A stretch of DNA of 64,000 bases from Octopus vulgaris (Eukaryota). The translations under genes and the position numbers were made by a program. This document shows, piece by piece, positions 1-13,627 of the stretch. The stretch is from the NCBI GenBank assembly GCA_951406725.2, contig OX597837.1, positions 40,238,001 through 40,302,000 of the forward strand. Reading direction: 5' to 3'. How positions within the stretch are numbered: position 1 is the first letter of the stretch; each line of letters opens with the position of its first letter. The notes beneath the pieces are model-generated. The model was not told the DNA's origin. It saw only the letters and a list, made by a program, of their open reading frames with translations, and ran no database searches.

Positions 1-234
1 GACCGCGAGCCGAATAGTCCTAAGCATAAAGCCACGCGCCTTAACTATGCAACATGAATCACGAGCGCTTAGGCATTTCATTTTAGTCAAATTACAGTTT
101 AAAAGCTACATGTTATTAATTAGAAACAAATCTTTGGTAATCTCTACGGGAATATATTGACTGACTTTGTTTTAGTAATAAAAACGATATTAAATGTAAA
201 ATGTGTAAATTTTAAATATTTTTCTTATAATATA

Positions 235-445
235 GAGGCGCAATGGCCTAGTGGTTAGGGCAGCGGACTCGCGGTCGCAGGATCGAGGTTTCGATTCTCA
301 GACTGGGCGTTGTGTGTGTTTATTGAGCGAAAACACCTAAAAGCTCTACGAGGCTCTGGCAGGGGGTGGTGATCCCTGCTGTACTCTTTCACCACAATGG
401 CGGTGCCCCAGCATGGCCACAGCTCAAGTGCTGAAACTGGAAAAG
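235..445 (+). mobile_element. tRNA-derived SINE family A (truncated, joined to a family C tail)
   Basis: Head TGGCCTAGTGGTTAGGGC...TTCGATTC (A/B boxes); same body as 1406, 12682 and 26184. Confidence 0.85.
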
Positions 446-821
446 CAAAGCAAAGCAAGCAAAGCAAAAGCAAGCAATTATTTCCCAAGACACATCCATC
501 GCCAAAGCACGAGTTATTCGTTGTTCTCGGGGGGGGGGGGAATTCAGATGTTGCTGAGGTCACACGAATGTGTAAAATGCGGTCACAGATTATTTTTATT
601 ATTTTTTTTCTTTCTATTTTCTTAATGGTTTCAAGGGAGGAGAAAAGTGGCCGTATCGCTTTTTGAAGTTCTGATTGACCCGTGGGACGGAGAGACAGAA
701 AAGCGATATTTACTTTTTTTCTTTTCACTGGACAGCAGATTCGGTTTAAATGTTTACAGTAGAGGAGCTGCTGTTAAAATAATTTTACGAAAAAGAATTT
801 GGAGCTTTTTTTTATCTCATA

Positions 822-859
<38 letters not shown>

Positions 860-902
860 TGTAATCTTTTACTTTTTTACTTGTTATTTTATATGTTATT
901 TG

Positions 903-1130
903 TTTTTGATTGCCCTCAAGAGGCTAAACATAGAGGGGATAAACAAGGACAGACAAAGGGATTAAGTCGATTATATCGACCCCACTGCGTAACTAGTACT
1001 TAATTTATCGACTCCGAAAGGATGAAAAGCAAAGTCGACTTCGGTGAAATTTGAACTCAGAACGTAACGGCTGACGAAATACTGCTAAGCATTTCGCCCG
1101 GCGTGCTAACGTTTCTGCTAGCTTGCCGCC
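903..1130 (-). mobile_element. SINE family B monomer (further copies at about 1701-1934, 4830-5510 x3, 9077-9172, 13005-13180, 26517-26937, 31085-31800 x3, 36780-36960, 46815-47250, 53465-53685)
   Basis: Consensus ggcggcgagctggcagaaacgttagcacgccgggcgaaatgcttagcggtatttcgtc...gttctgagttcaaattccgccgaggtcgactttgcctttcatcctttcggggtcgat; B-box-like GTTCAAATT. Confidence 0.85.
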
Positions 1131-1405
1131 ATTTAATCTTTTACTTGTTTCAGTCATTTGGCCATACATAGATGTAGTACAGTGAAGATTTGAGAGATAA
1201 TTAAAAAATTCTCCATGTGAGATTCTTATGTGAATAGATACATACACCCGAGCGAATGTATCGACAGTTCAACGAATACATCAACCGAACCACTTATTCA
1301 CAAACACCGAGAACCCGCTTAACTATAAAAGTCTTATTGCTTTGTTAGCGACTGACTTGAATTCGCTCAAGAACTTAAATTAACTTAACGTTAAAACATG
1401 CATGT

Positions 1406-1682
1406 GGAGGCACATGGCCTAGTGGTTAGAGCAGCGGACTCGCGGTCGAGGGATCGCGAGTCCGAATCTCAGATTGGGCGTGGTGTGTGTTTATGATCAA
1501 AAACATCTAAGCTCCACGCGGCTCCAGCAGAAGGTAATGGTAAAACTTCTGCTTACTCTTTCGCCACAACTTTCTCTCACTCTTTCCTCTTGCAGCTCAC
1601 CTGCGACGGACCGGCGACTCGTCCAGGTGGGAAACCTATACGCCAAGGAAACCAGGTGTGGCTCAAGAAGGAACAAACAAAA
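1406..1682 (+). mobile_element. SINE family A
   Basis: tRNA-like head plus shared body; tail gaaggaacaaacaa. Confidence 0.85.
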
Positions 1683-2865
1683 CATACATATACCCACATA
1701 TCTGTTCCTTTACTACCCACAAGGGGCTAAACACAGAGGGAACAAACAAGGACAGACAAACAGATTAAGACAATTATATCGACCCCAGTGCGTAACTGGT
1801 ACTTCATTTATCAACCCCGAAAGGTAGAAATGCAAAGTCGACCTCGGCGGAATTTGAACTCAGAACGTAACGGCAGACAAAATACGGCTACGCATTTCGT
1901 CCGACGTGCTAACGTTTCTGCCAGCTCGCCGCCTTAACATATATCCATATATCGTCATCAACTTCATTAACTCACTGTATATAAGTTGTTTCTGCTATCA
2001 AAAGCAATGCACTCGCGTTTGACGACTGCGCAATATCCTATAGCTTCCTCGAAGCCAACAAAATAAAAAATCATGTTAGCAACGAACACTGCAATGCGTT
2101 CTCTCCAATGATCCCTGTTGCGCAAAGCAACCCAGAAACCTTGTTATTAAATTCTTATTCTGTATTGATTATAGACAGATGTATCGACATGAAAGAAACC
2201 AGAGGAGATTATCAAAGTTGATATAGACTCAGATTTATTAAACATGTTGCTAAACATATATCAACATTATTATATTGTAGATTTATTTGCTTCTTCTAAT
2301 CTCTTCTAGAATCTGTTATCTTAGTTGTATCACCAAACACCCACCACCAATACGACCACCACCACCGCATAGCTCAGAGACACTTGTTATTATTCTTAAA
2401 TCGCGTTCTTTCCTAGTGGTTTACCAAATTACTATACTATTCTCTAAAAACTATCTTCCCCGTACATCTCTTTCATCGGAATGCCTTCGGCAAACACGTG
2501 GCAATTTCCCAACCTCATATTTCATTTATCAGCATCGCCATTATTCTTCCCGGCGTCTGAGTTCGTTTGTTACGCGACGCTGGTTGCGCTGGTGTAAAAC
2601 ATTGATTCTTTCACGTACAGAGTTAACGATTGTTACCGAATGTTCTTGCAAGAAATGTACGGAATTATCTCTCGTACTTACTCTATGACACTTTGACTCT
2701 TTTACTTGTTTCAGTCATTTTACTGCGGCCATGCTGGAACACCGTCTTTAGTCGAACAAATCGATCCCAGGACTTATTCTTTCTAAGCCTAGTACATGTT
2801 CTATTTCTCATCATTACAGAACTGCTAGGTTACAGTTGTCAAGCGATGGTGTAGGAACAAACACA

Positions 2866-2903
<38 letters not shown>

Positions 2904-2920
2904 TACATACATACATACAT

Positions 2921-2995
<75 letters not shown>

Positions 2996-2997
2996 TA

Positions 2998-3210
2998 TTA
3001 GAAAAAAAAACACCTTTTATCAATTCAAAATGAATAATTAAATTACATATAATAGAAAAGTTAAAATTAAAATAACAATTAAAAAGTAAAGATTAAGTTA
3101 ATTACAATTTAATTGTTATTTTAATTTTAACTTTTATATTATATGTAATTTTCTAGATGGTGTAATTTAATTATTCATTTTGAATTGATAAAACGTGTTT
3201 TTTTTTCTAA
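2998..3210. repeat. AT-rich inverted repeat (arms about 2998-3083 / 3107-3210)
   Basis: ttagaaaaaaaaaacaccttttatcaattcaaaatgaataattaaattaca...aacaattaaa is mirrored, with an insertion in the right arm. It lies between (TA)n tracts. Confidence 0.8.
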
Positions 3211-3326
3211 TTTATATATATCTATTATATTGTGTGGAATTTGATTTAGTATTTCTAAATTGAATTCTTTTTCCTTGTAAGCTTGGATTTTATTCCCTCA
3301 AATAATAATAATTATATATATATATA

Positions 3327-3793
3327 CAGTAATTCCTCGATTGTCGAGGGTGTTACATTCCAAAAAACCCCGCGATAGGTGAAAATCCGCAAAGTAGAAA
3401 TGGTACTGTAGTGTATATATTTAAAAATTATTTTTATAATTTGTATATATTCATTTCATTATAAATACAAAACACCACCACACAGTCGCCTCCCGAGTTT
3501 CGTTTTCCGTACAGTATGTGCGATTCTTTGTTTACTTATCTACGGTACACTAGGTATTTTCTTTTAATTTTTTTTAATTAATGTGTTAATCAGTGCAGTA
3601 TTATAACTGTGTTTTTATTTAATGATTTATTAATCTTTAGGCGTGAAAATGCTTATTTTACCACAGAAATAATTAAAATCGAAAATTATATAAATATTTA
3701 TCGGCTGCAGAAACTCGCGATATACTGAGGAGTCCGCGATATAAATTTACATATGGTAGCCAGAAAAATCTGCGATGTGGTGATGGATTACTG
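3327..3793. mobile_element. Non-autonomous pogo/Tigger-like DNA transposon
   Basis: TA|CAGTAATTCCTCGA ... TGATGGATTACTG|TA termini and repeated internal (C)CGCGAT motifs. Confidence 0.7.
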
Positions 3794-3821
3794 TATCCAT
3801 TTTCATTTTATAATGTATCCA

Positions 3822-3860
<39 letters not shown>

Positions 3861-3943
3861 TATATATATTATTATATATATATATATTATATGTATATAT
3901 ATGTATTATATATATAATTATATTATTATATATATATATATAT

Positions 3944-4087
3944 AAGTAGTTGAATGAATTAACTTATTATGGATAATTCGGTTAACCGATACCTGGGTAG
4001 CAAATTCACGTCAGAAAAACACGGTTGAAGCTACATGCCTAGGGCAGAGATCACGTGCCATCGTGTGGAAATTTGTGTGTTTTTTTA
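3944..4087 (+). repeat. About 140-bp dispersed element beside (TA)n; inverted copy at 60398-60539
   Basis: The two copies align over their full length, contain the palindrome TCGGTTAACCGA, and end at (TA)n at the same position. Confidence 0.85.
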
Positions 4088-4094
4088 AATACAA

Positions 4095-4347
4095 ATAAAT
4101 GAAAGAATGGAGTTGAACGACGAATTAACAAAATTCCTTTATTTTATTTTCGACATATGTTTCGAAGGCTGCATATTCCTAATTTCGAAGAAATAAGGGG
4201 TGCATTATGCCGCCTTCTCTTCAGGAAAAAGTAAGGGACTTTTGTCAGCATCAATTCCTTCGAAATTAGGAATATGCAGCCTTCGAAACATATGTCGAAA
4301 ATAAAATAAAGGAATTTTGTTCATTCGTCGTTCAACTCCATTCTTTC

Positions 4348-4353
<6 letters not shown>
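4095..4353. repeat. Inverted repeat: about 100-bp arms (4095-4194 / 4254-4353), 59-bp spacer; Penelope-like terminal fragment
   Basis: The arms are reverse complements with two visible mismatches, abut (TA)n, and contain the 4147-4229 hammerhead. Confidence 0.9.
4147..4229 (-). ncRNA. Minimal type I hammerhead ribozyme (Penelope-like), intact core
   Basis: Minus strand: TTTTC-CTGAAGA-GAAGGCGGCATA...TATGCAGCCTTC-GAAAC-ATAT-GTC-GAAAA. Stem I is 5 bp, stem II pairs 11/12, stem III is the palindrome ACATATGT, and the cleavage triplet is GUC. Confidence 0.85.
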
Positions 4354-4417
<64 letters not shown>

Positions 4418-5963
4418 ACTGTACGTTTTAAAAGCTGCAGGGTATAATTTACAGTGAGATGTAGCTTGTATTTCTAACTGATTAAATAATCAGGTAGGAG
4501 TAAGTTGCTATTTGACGTCGATATCTATCTGGTTACAATTTCCATGGTTATCATGACTTTTTTACAACGTAAATGTTAAACATATCGGGTTTTGTTTAAA
4601 AAGGAAAAACTCGCGGTGAAAGAATAAATGTTCTTTTGTTTAATTGATGGTTATCTAATCTAGACATTAAGACGTATATTACGAATCAGTATAGAAAATA
4701 GAAATAAACTCACGTAGCGACTTATGGGATTTTGACCGTTAGCCAAAACTGGGTGTTTTTTTTTTATGAGGCACGTACAGACAGATCGTCATCTCTTTCG
4801 TAAACTCTGCCGCAAATAATGATTAAAATTCTTTCTAAATTTGATACGAGGTCAGTGATTTTAAGCGGATGCTGTTAGACGATTACATCCACCCCAGTAC
4901 ATGACTGGCACTTTATTTTCTCGATTTGGAAAGTGTGAAACGTAAAGGTGACCTCGGTAGGGTTTGAAATCAGAGCATAAAGAGCCGGAGGAAATGCTTT
5001 GCAGCAATTCTTCCGGTAATTCGGTGAGTTTGCTGCCGTTGCAAAAGTAATAAAAATAATTCTTTTTAATATAGGTAAAGAACCTGAAATTTCAAGGGAG
5101 CGGGGTAGTCGATCACATTGACCCCAGTACTTGACTGGTAGTTAATTTATTGACCCCGAAAAGAGATGAAAGGCATAGTCGACCTCGATGGAATTTGAAC
5201 CCAGAATATAAAGACGGACGAAACGCCATTAATCATTTTTCGCCCGGCGTGCTAACGATGTCGCCAACTCACCGCCTTCGCCGTCGCAAAAATAATAAAA
5301 ATAATTCCACTACAGGTACAAGTCCTGAAATTGTAGGGAATAGGGCCATTTCATCGTCTTCGCTGCTCCACTGGTACTTATATTTTCGACCTCGAGAGAA
5401 TAAAAGGCAAATTAGACCTTGGCTGAAGTTGAACTCAGACCAAAGAGACAGAATAAATGCGGCTAGGAATTTTTGTCCGGTGTGCAAACGATTCTGCCAG
5501 CTCGCTGCTTTGATAATTCTTCCTGTTATAGACTCAAGGCCAGATATTTTGACAGGAAGGAAAGTCCATTGATGCTAGTGCTCAACTCATGCATATTTCA
5601 TTGACAACCAAAGGATAAAAGCAAATATATATGGACACTTACATGCATACACACATACATACATGCATACATACATACCTACATACATGCATACATACAT
5701 ACAAACATACATACATACATACATACATATATGCATACATACATATATACATACATACATATATACATACATACATACACACACACACATACATACATAC
5801 ATGCATACACGCACACATACATACATACATACATACATACATAAATACATACCTACATACATACAAATATACATACATACATACATACACACACATACAT
5901 ACATACATACATACATACATACGTACGTACATAAATACATACATACATACATACATACATACA

Positions 5964-6365
5964 TAAAAATTTGTAAAACTTTCCAGAAGTTTATCATTTA
6001 AATATATATGAGCATATCTAGATATGCAACAATATGCATGAGAATACATACATAAAACATACAATCTACACATACATTCATACATACGTACGTACATACA
6101 TACATACATACACACATAAATACATACATACATACATACATACATACATGCACGCATACATACATACATACATACATACATACATACATACATACATACA
6201 TACATACATACATACATACATAAATACATACATACATACATACAAATATACATACATACACACACATACATACATACATACATACATACATACATACATA
6301 CATACATGCATACATACATACATACACACATACATAAAAATCTGTAAAATTTTCCAGAAGTTTAT
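5964..6365 (+). mobile_element. Two short 3'-end fragments of the 54605-55722 LINE family within (CATA)n
   Basis: aaaatttgtaaaactttccagaagtttatcatttaaatatatatgagcatatc...gagaatacatacataaaacatac matches 54981-55090; partially repeated at about 6336-6364. Confidence 0.8.
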
Positions 6366-6631
6366 GCTTACATACATGTGCAGACATGTACACAGGGGAG
6401 ACATCTAGGAGTATTGCAGAACGACTAAATGAACATCTGAGACAATATGACGACAAAAAACAGTCCTCCATCCTCTACCAACATACCAAAGACCACCATG
6501 GAGGCAACTTGGGTCAACTAGACATCCACATCTTATCCAAGCACCCAAAAGAACCAACACTCAGACAAATACGGGAGTACGTCCTAATAAATGAAACTTC
6601 CTCAATACTAAATAGGAAATATACACAATAA
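6364..6631 (+). pseudogene. Penelope-like element GIY-YIG endonuclease C-terminal fragment
   Basis: CLHTCADMYTGETSRSIAERLNEHLR...SILYQHTKDHH...IHILSKH...RQIREYVLI...LN matches the Penelope pattern C..C...Y.GET.R....R..EH...H...H...R...E...I...LN. Confidence 0.85.
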
Positions 6632-7482
6632 ATACCATACCTCCATACTCACAATTTACACATGTAGAGTAGAATAGTTAGTGGGATGTTATGTAGATAG
6701 ATGTATATATGTGTGTGTGTGTGGGTGTGTGTATATATGTGTATATGCACATGCATGTAAGCGTATGGATATGAAAGTAAACAGATCAACATACAGACGG
6801 ATAGGTACATAGGTTATAAGAACAGACAATCACACATACGCAAATGGAGACTGACACACAAGGTCATATATACACACACACTTTACTCTACACAAGGACA
6901 CATATGGAGATACGTGTCCACACATATGGTGATGCACATCCATACATGCAAACACGGTACATAGTTGGAAAACACACACACATGCACACGCAAAGACATG
7001 CACACAGAAGGAGACAGAGGTGCATACATATGCAAACACACGCTCACACATACACACATACATAAAAAATGCGCAAACACGAACATGCAAGCACATGAAT
7101 ATGCAGAATGCATACATACAGATGCACACACACATGCATACCTATATACATATGAAACACACACATACATACATACATACATACATACATACATACATAC
7201 ATACATACATACACAGCACATGCATACATACATATATATACATACATGCATGAATGCATAGGCACACACACACATTGACCCTCGCACATGCGCACAAACA
7301 AACAAAAAGGAATGCAGCGTAAATAACGGACAGAGTCAAGACTATTGAAAAGGTTGCACGACGTAAAGAAAATTTTAGGAAAATAAAAATAAGAAATAAG
7401 TGGAAATTTTGCCGGTTAGTGTGTTAAATTATAAGGCACAAAAAGAAAATGACTCTCCCAGACACAACAGTACATATATATA

Positions 7483-7963
<481 letters not shown>

Positions 7964-8365
7964 TATATATATATATGTATGTATGTGCGTGGTGTATGTT
8001 TTTGTGCGCAAGGTAAGTATCTATAATTTAGAGATTTTCTTTTTTCCCCCACTGGAAAATATTTCGTTGAAACGAAATGCAATACCATTGCTACTTAGCT
8101 TGACAGCAGCGACCAACCAAACACGTTGTCATAGCATTCATTATTTTATAGTCTTTAGCATCAACAGACATTTACTCTTTTTTTTTGTTTTTTATTCAGA
8201 AGCAACAGTTGTAGTACTACAGCATTCTACTACCACGTGATGTCAGGTTAACGGTCGTTAGTTCACCTTTAAACAGGAAATATATAGTGTTACTATAATG
8301 ACTTTTACGGCATGACATGCAACACTGGGTTGTGATGGCGTTTATTGGCTATATGGATATACATA

Positions 8366-8547
<182 letters not shown>

Positions 8548-8649
8548 GGGAGATTGTACGAAAAAAAAAACAAAAGACGAAGACAGGTGGTGTACAAAAC
8601 AAACAGATGTATTAGTATATATATATATATATGTATTAGTATATATATA

Positions 8650-8715
<66 letters not shown>

Positions 8716-8785
8716 GGGAGAGTGTACGAAAAAAAAAAAAAAGACGAAGACAGGTGGTGTACAAAACAAACAGATGTATTAGTAT
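8548..8785 (+). repeat. Two copies of an about 70-bp element in (TA)n; inverted copy at 59516-59571
   Basis: gggag..tgtacgaaaaaaa..aaagacgaagacaggtggtgtacaaaacaaacagatgtattag at 8548 and 8716. Confidence 0.85.
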
Positions 8786-8812
8786 ATATATATATGTATT
8801 AGTATATATATA

Positions 8813-8862
<50 letters not shown>

Positions 8863-9172
8863 TGTGCGACGGTGTTTATATATGCACGTTTGCTCATAGT
8901 GTATAATATATTATGGGGAAATTTAGAACCGCCGATTGTGGTGGGATTTAACAGAAAATAAAGGAAATACCGAACGCAGAATGACTGCAAAAGCAGCGTA
9001 GAAGAGCGCGTAAATACTCTTAGAAGCGACATGCTGGCTACCTTTTTCCGACTTCTAAGGGTATTTATCAAATCTAAGGCGGCGAGCTGGCAGAAACGTT
9101 AGCGCGCCGTATTACATCTGGCGTTACGTTCTGAGTTCAAATTCCGCTGAGGTCGACTTTGCATTTCATCCA

Positions 9173-9254
<82 letters not shown>

Positions 9255-9270
9255 TATATATGCATATATA

Positions 9271-9323
<53 letters not shown>

Positions 9324-10254
9324 GTGTATGTATATATGCTTATATGAAGTTGCAGGTTGGTTTGCGTACCTCGTAAAAACTAAAGTGACCGATTACTTGA
9401 TTTAAAATAATTGCTCGGCTCGACTTAAAAGATGAAAGTCGTTAAGGTGGTGCCCCAGCATGGCCGTAATCCGATGACTGAAACAAGAGAGATAATAAAG
9501 ATAAAGCAAAGAAGCAAGTTAGAGATGTCAGTCCTCTCCCTTATACCTAGCAACCCAAGCCCCCCTCAAACCCCTCCCCTCTCCACTATAAACAAAGGGA
9601 CGGAGAGAGAGAGAGAGAGAGGGAGAGAGTGCGTGTGGGACAGAGAGAGAGAGAGAGAAGGGATGAAGGAGAGGGAAAGTGTGAGAGAGAGAAAAGAGGG
9701 ATAATTTGCGGTTTGAAAAAAATTTGATTCTATATATGTTCGATCAGACTTGATCTGGGTCACAGAAGCAACGTGATCGGATCTAGTAGACGTCGACATG
9801 ATGGCAAGATCGATATATTTAAGACTGCTTATATCGATGAAAAAAGAAAGAAAATTAGCGATGTTACAAATCAAATGAGATCGATTATTCCTAATAACAT
9901 TATTATATTGACGTTGATATGCAATCGATATTTGATACCTGATAGGTAGAATGGCATAAAAATGGCACAGGTGACTTCGCCAAAATGACATTGGTGTAAA
10001 ATTCTTGGATTTATGATTCGCCTATTCAATACTTGTTATTTCATATATGAGCAAATCGTTTAGATGCCATAACAAGAGATACTTCAATATAACCAATGTG
10101 TGGTAAGTAGCTTCCTTACCAAACACATGGTTTCGGTTTCATTCCCACTGCGGAGCACCTTGGACAAGTGTCTTCTACTATAGCCTCGGGCCGACCAAAG
10201 CCTTTTGAGTGGACTTGGTAGATGGAAACTGAAAGAAGCCCGTCGTATATATGT

Positions 10255-10312
<58 letters not shown>

Positions 10313-10518
10313 TTGCGTTTGTCCCCCAACATCACTTGACAACCGATGCTGGTGTGTTTACGTCCCGGTAACTTAGCGGTTCGGTAAAAGTCCACGATAC
10401 CTGGGATTATAAAATTGTGCAAGAGCTTTCTTAAGATTTAACGGATGATGAACAAAACAAAATGCTTTCCTTCACAACCTTACTATGATGGAGATAGCCG
10501 CTCTAAATTTATTATAAA

Positions 10519-10907
10519 GTAGCAGTATCGCCCGGCGTTGCTCAGGTTTGTTTCGACCCTTTAGAATTGGAATTTTTGAAAAGTAAAAATTTTGCATTAT
10601 GTAGCTTGTTATTCTCTTTAAGTGAACATTTTTTTGGTTGAAATACACCGAAAAATGGCGACACAGCAGTAAAAAAATCGTAAAAAATAGGGATTTTCAT
10701 AAAAAAAAGCACCTTTTTGATGTAAATAATTTTTGGTCTTAACATTGTCCGATTTGAATTTTATCTTCTACGGAATGAAGAGCAAGCCTTTTTCTATCAT
10801 ACTCTCAATTTTGTTCAACGTGCGCCGTAGGGTCTCGGAGGAGATAGTGTTAATTGAAGGCTACGAAACCTGCCATACACAGACAACTTCAGCTTTATAT
10901 ATATAGA
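10519..10907 (-). mobile_element. Non-autonomous Helitron
   Basis: The minus strand starts A|TCTATATATATAAAG, has a subterminal hairpin CCTGAGCAACGCCGGG, and ends CTAC|T (CTAG expected). Confidence 0.75.
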
Positions 10908-11877
10908 TGAACGTGTTTTCACCCCATTTTCCCGTTGCATTCGTGCAAACAGGCACACAGTCACCTGTAGAATCCAACATGTTGCGTGAACACAACTGAA
11001 GGCAATAGTGCATGACATCCACTCACTCGCAGAAAATGCATTGTTTCGGGCCATCGAGATAGGGACTTGAAACCTACTCTTGCCGTAACTACAGCACGCC
11101 TTCTATAGGTGTGTAAATTTTCAGCTCAATCCTAACATGTCTAGTGCCATTGAATCCTTACCAAAGCCAATGTGTGCAAGTTTTTTCCTCTTCTATATAT
11201 ACATAGATTAAATAGAGGAAGAGAACATATATATGTACAAATTCCATTCATATAGCCTTTGTCAATTCGAGGCTCTTGGGAAACGTTTGGGAATAAATGT
11301 CAAACACTGATATGGAACTCGAGACCAAAGAGTGGTGAAAGGAACCATAACCACATAGCCATATCAGAACGCCATTGTTTCCCACGCAACAAGCATAGTT
11401 TTAAATGTTTAACAATTTAGTTCAGAATGTATGTACTAAGAATATACTATAACACAAGAATACAATCATGTGCAGACGATACGTTAGCATTACAAAGTGA
11501 AAGTCAGAATAAATGGTTAAAATATATGCTAACAGAATTTTCTCACTAAAGAAAACGTCAGTGGAATGGAATGAGTGAGAAAATTCGATTGAACTTCACA
11601 AAAATTACTGTAAGAAAAACGAAAAAAGTATGAAAGAAAAAACAAAATGTGCGCAAAACTTGGTTTTATCGTTTATTGAACTTCTTAAAAGTGCTTTAAG
11701 AAAAACTGAAAGCATGAAATAAGAAATAAAATAGGAAAAACAAAAACCCAACAACAAAATGGTTTTATCGTCTATTGAAGAAATCTGTCTTAGAATGTCG
11801 AATTCTTAAGATTGCACATTTTTTGTGTTCTCGAGTCCTAGTACGCATAAGGACGGTTACTCAGTTTCTATGGAGAA

Positions 11878-12293
11878 GGCGGCGAGCTGGCAGAAACGCT
11901 AGCACACCGGGCGAAATGCTCTGTGGTATTTCGTCCGCCGTTGCGTTCTGAGTTCAAATTCCGCCGAGGTCGACTTTGCCTTTCATCCTTTCGGGGTCGA
12001 TTAAATAAGTACCAGTTACGCACTGGGGTCGATGTAATCGACTTAATCCGTTCGTCTGTCCTTGTTTGTCCCATCTGTGTTTAGCCCCTTGTGGGTAATA
12101 AAGAAATAGATATTTCGTCTGCCGCTGCGTTCTGAGTTCAAATTCCGCCGAGGTCGACTTTGCCTTTCATCCTTTCGGGGTCGATAAATTAAGTACCAGT
12201 TACACACTGGGGTTGATATAATCACCCTAATCCGTTTGTCTGTCCTTGTTTGTCCTCTCTGTGTTTAGCCCCTTGAGGGTAGTAAAGAAATAG
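11878..12293 (+). mobile_element. SINE family B dimer (184-bp period)
   Basis: tatttcgtc at 11927 and 12111. Confidence 0.9.
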
Positions 12294-12681
12294 GTTACTC
12301 GGTTTCTATGGTGTGTAAATAGCGACCGAATTAAACAACCATTCCTCTCAAGTGGGCTGTGGTCCGTTGCAGGGTTCAAAACCAGGAAATTCTGAGGACA
12401 GGGGTAAATGAATTACAAAAGGCCACGATATCTGGTATTATAAAATTCTGAAAGACCTTCTTAAGATTTGAAGGATGATGAAAAAAACATGATGCTTTCC
12501 TTCACTTCGATTTCGGTACTTGTCTGATATTTCAGTTTATCTAACCTTGAAAAAAAAGCTGGCAACAGAGGGATTTGAACTTAGCGTAAAGAGCCGGGAG
12601 GTATGCTGCTAAGCATTTTGTCCGAAGCGCTAAGGATTCTTCAAGTTCGCCGTCATACGATTGTATACTAAGCATATAGTA

Positions 12682-12980
12682 GGGGCACATGGCCTAGTGG
12701 TTAGAGCAGCGGATTCGCGGTCGAGGGATCTCGGGTTCGAATCTCAGACCGGGTGATGTATGTGGTTTATGAGCGAAACACCTAAGCTCCAGTCGGCTCC
12801 GGCAGAAGGCAGTGGTGAACTTCTGCTGACTATTTCGCCACAACTTTCTATCACTCTTTCCTCCTGCATCAAGCAGCTCACCTGCGACGGACCGGCGTCC
12901 TGTCCAGATGAGGAACCTATACGCCAAAGAAACTGGGAAACCGGCCCTTATGAGCCAGGCATGGCTCGAGAAGGAACACA
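12682..12980 (+). mobile_element. SINE family A
   Basis: Head tggcctagtggttagagc...ggttcgaatc; body matches 1406-1682. Confidence 0.85.
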
Positions 12981-13627
12981 CAAATTACTAAGCATATACT
13001 AGACTCAAATTTTGCTACAAGGCCAGCAATTTCGCGTCCATTATATCGCCCCCAGTAAGCAACTGGTACATATTTTATCGACTCCGAAAGGATGAGAGGC
13101 AAAGTTAACCTCGGCAGAATTTGAACTCAGAACGTGAAGACAGACTAAATGCCGCTAAGCCTGCCAGCTCACCGTCTTATATTAAGCAAACATTACTTAT
13201 TGGGGAAAAATACTCCATATTTCCTTAGATTTTTCTTATAATCTCTAATAAATATCTTTCTTATTATATATAGAATTTGTAAACATGCCTATATACGACA
13301 ATAAGTGATTTTCAAACATGGATGTTTACACATATATTCCATTATATTACGATATTTGTCCTTAGGTAGTAAACGTTATTTCTTATTTGCTTGCTCCTAG
13401 AAAGTATGGAAAAATGGCTGATATTTCCTTCAAATTTTGCTTTTGATACAATATTTATTCAAACCCCAAAGATTCCTTCTCAACCTAGCTGAGAATGTCT
13501 CTTGTATCGTGATTTTGCCCCTCTTTTCTGTCCATTATGTCTTCGCCTAGTTTCATCTACTTTTCCCTTTTCTGACTAACGTTTGAAATATTCATTCCGG
13601 AGCAACGCACCTCCGTTTGTTTAGTTA

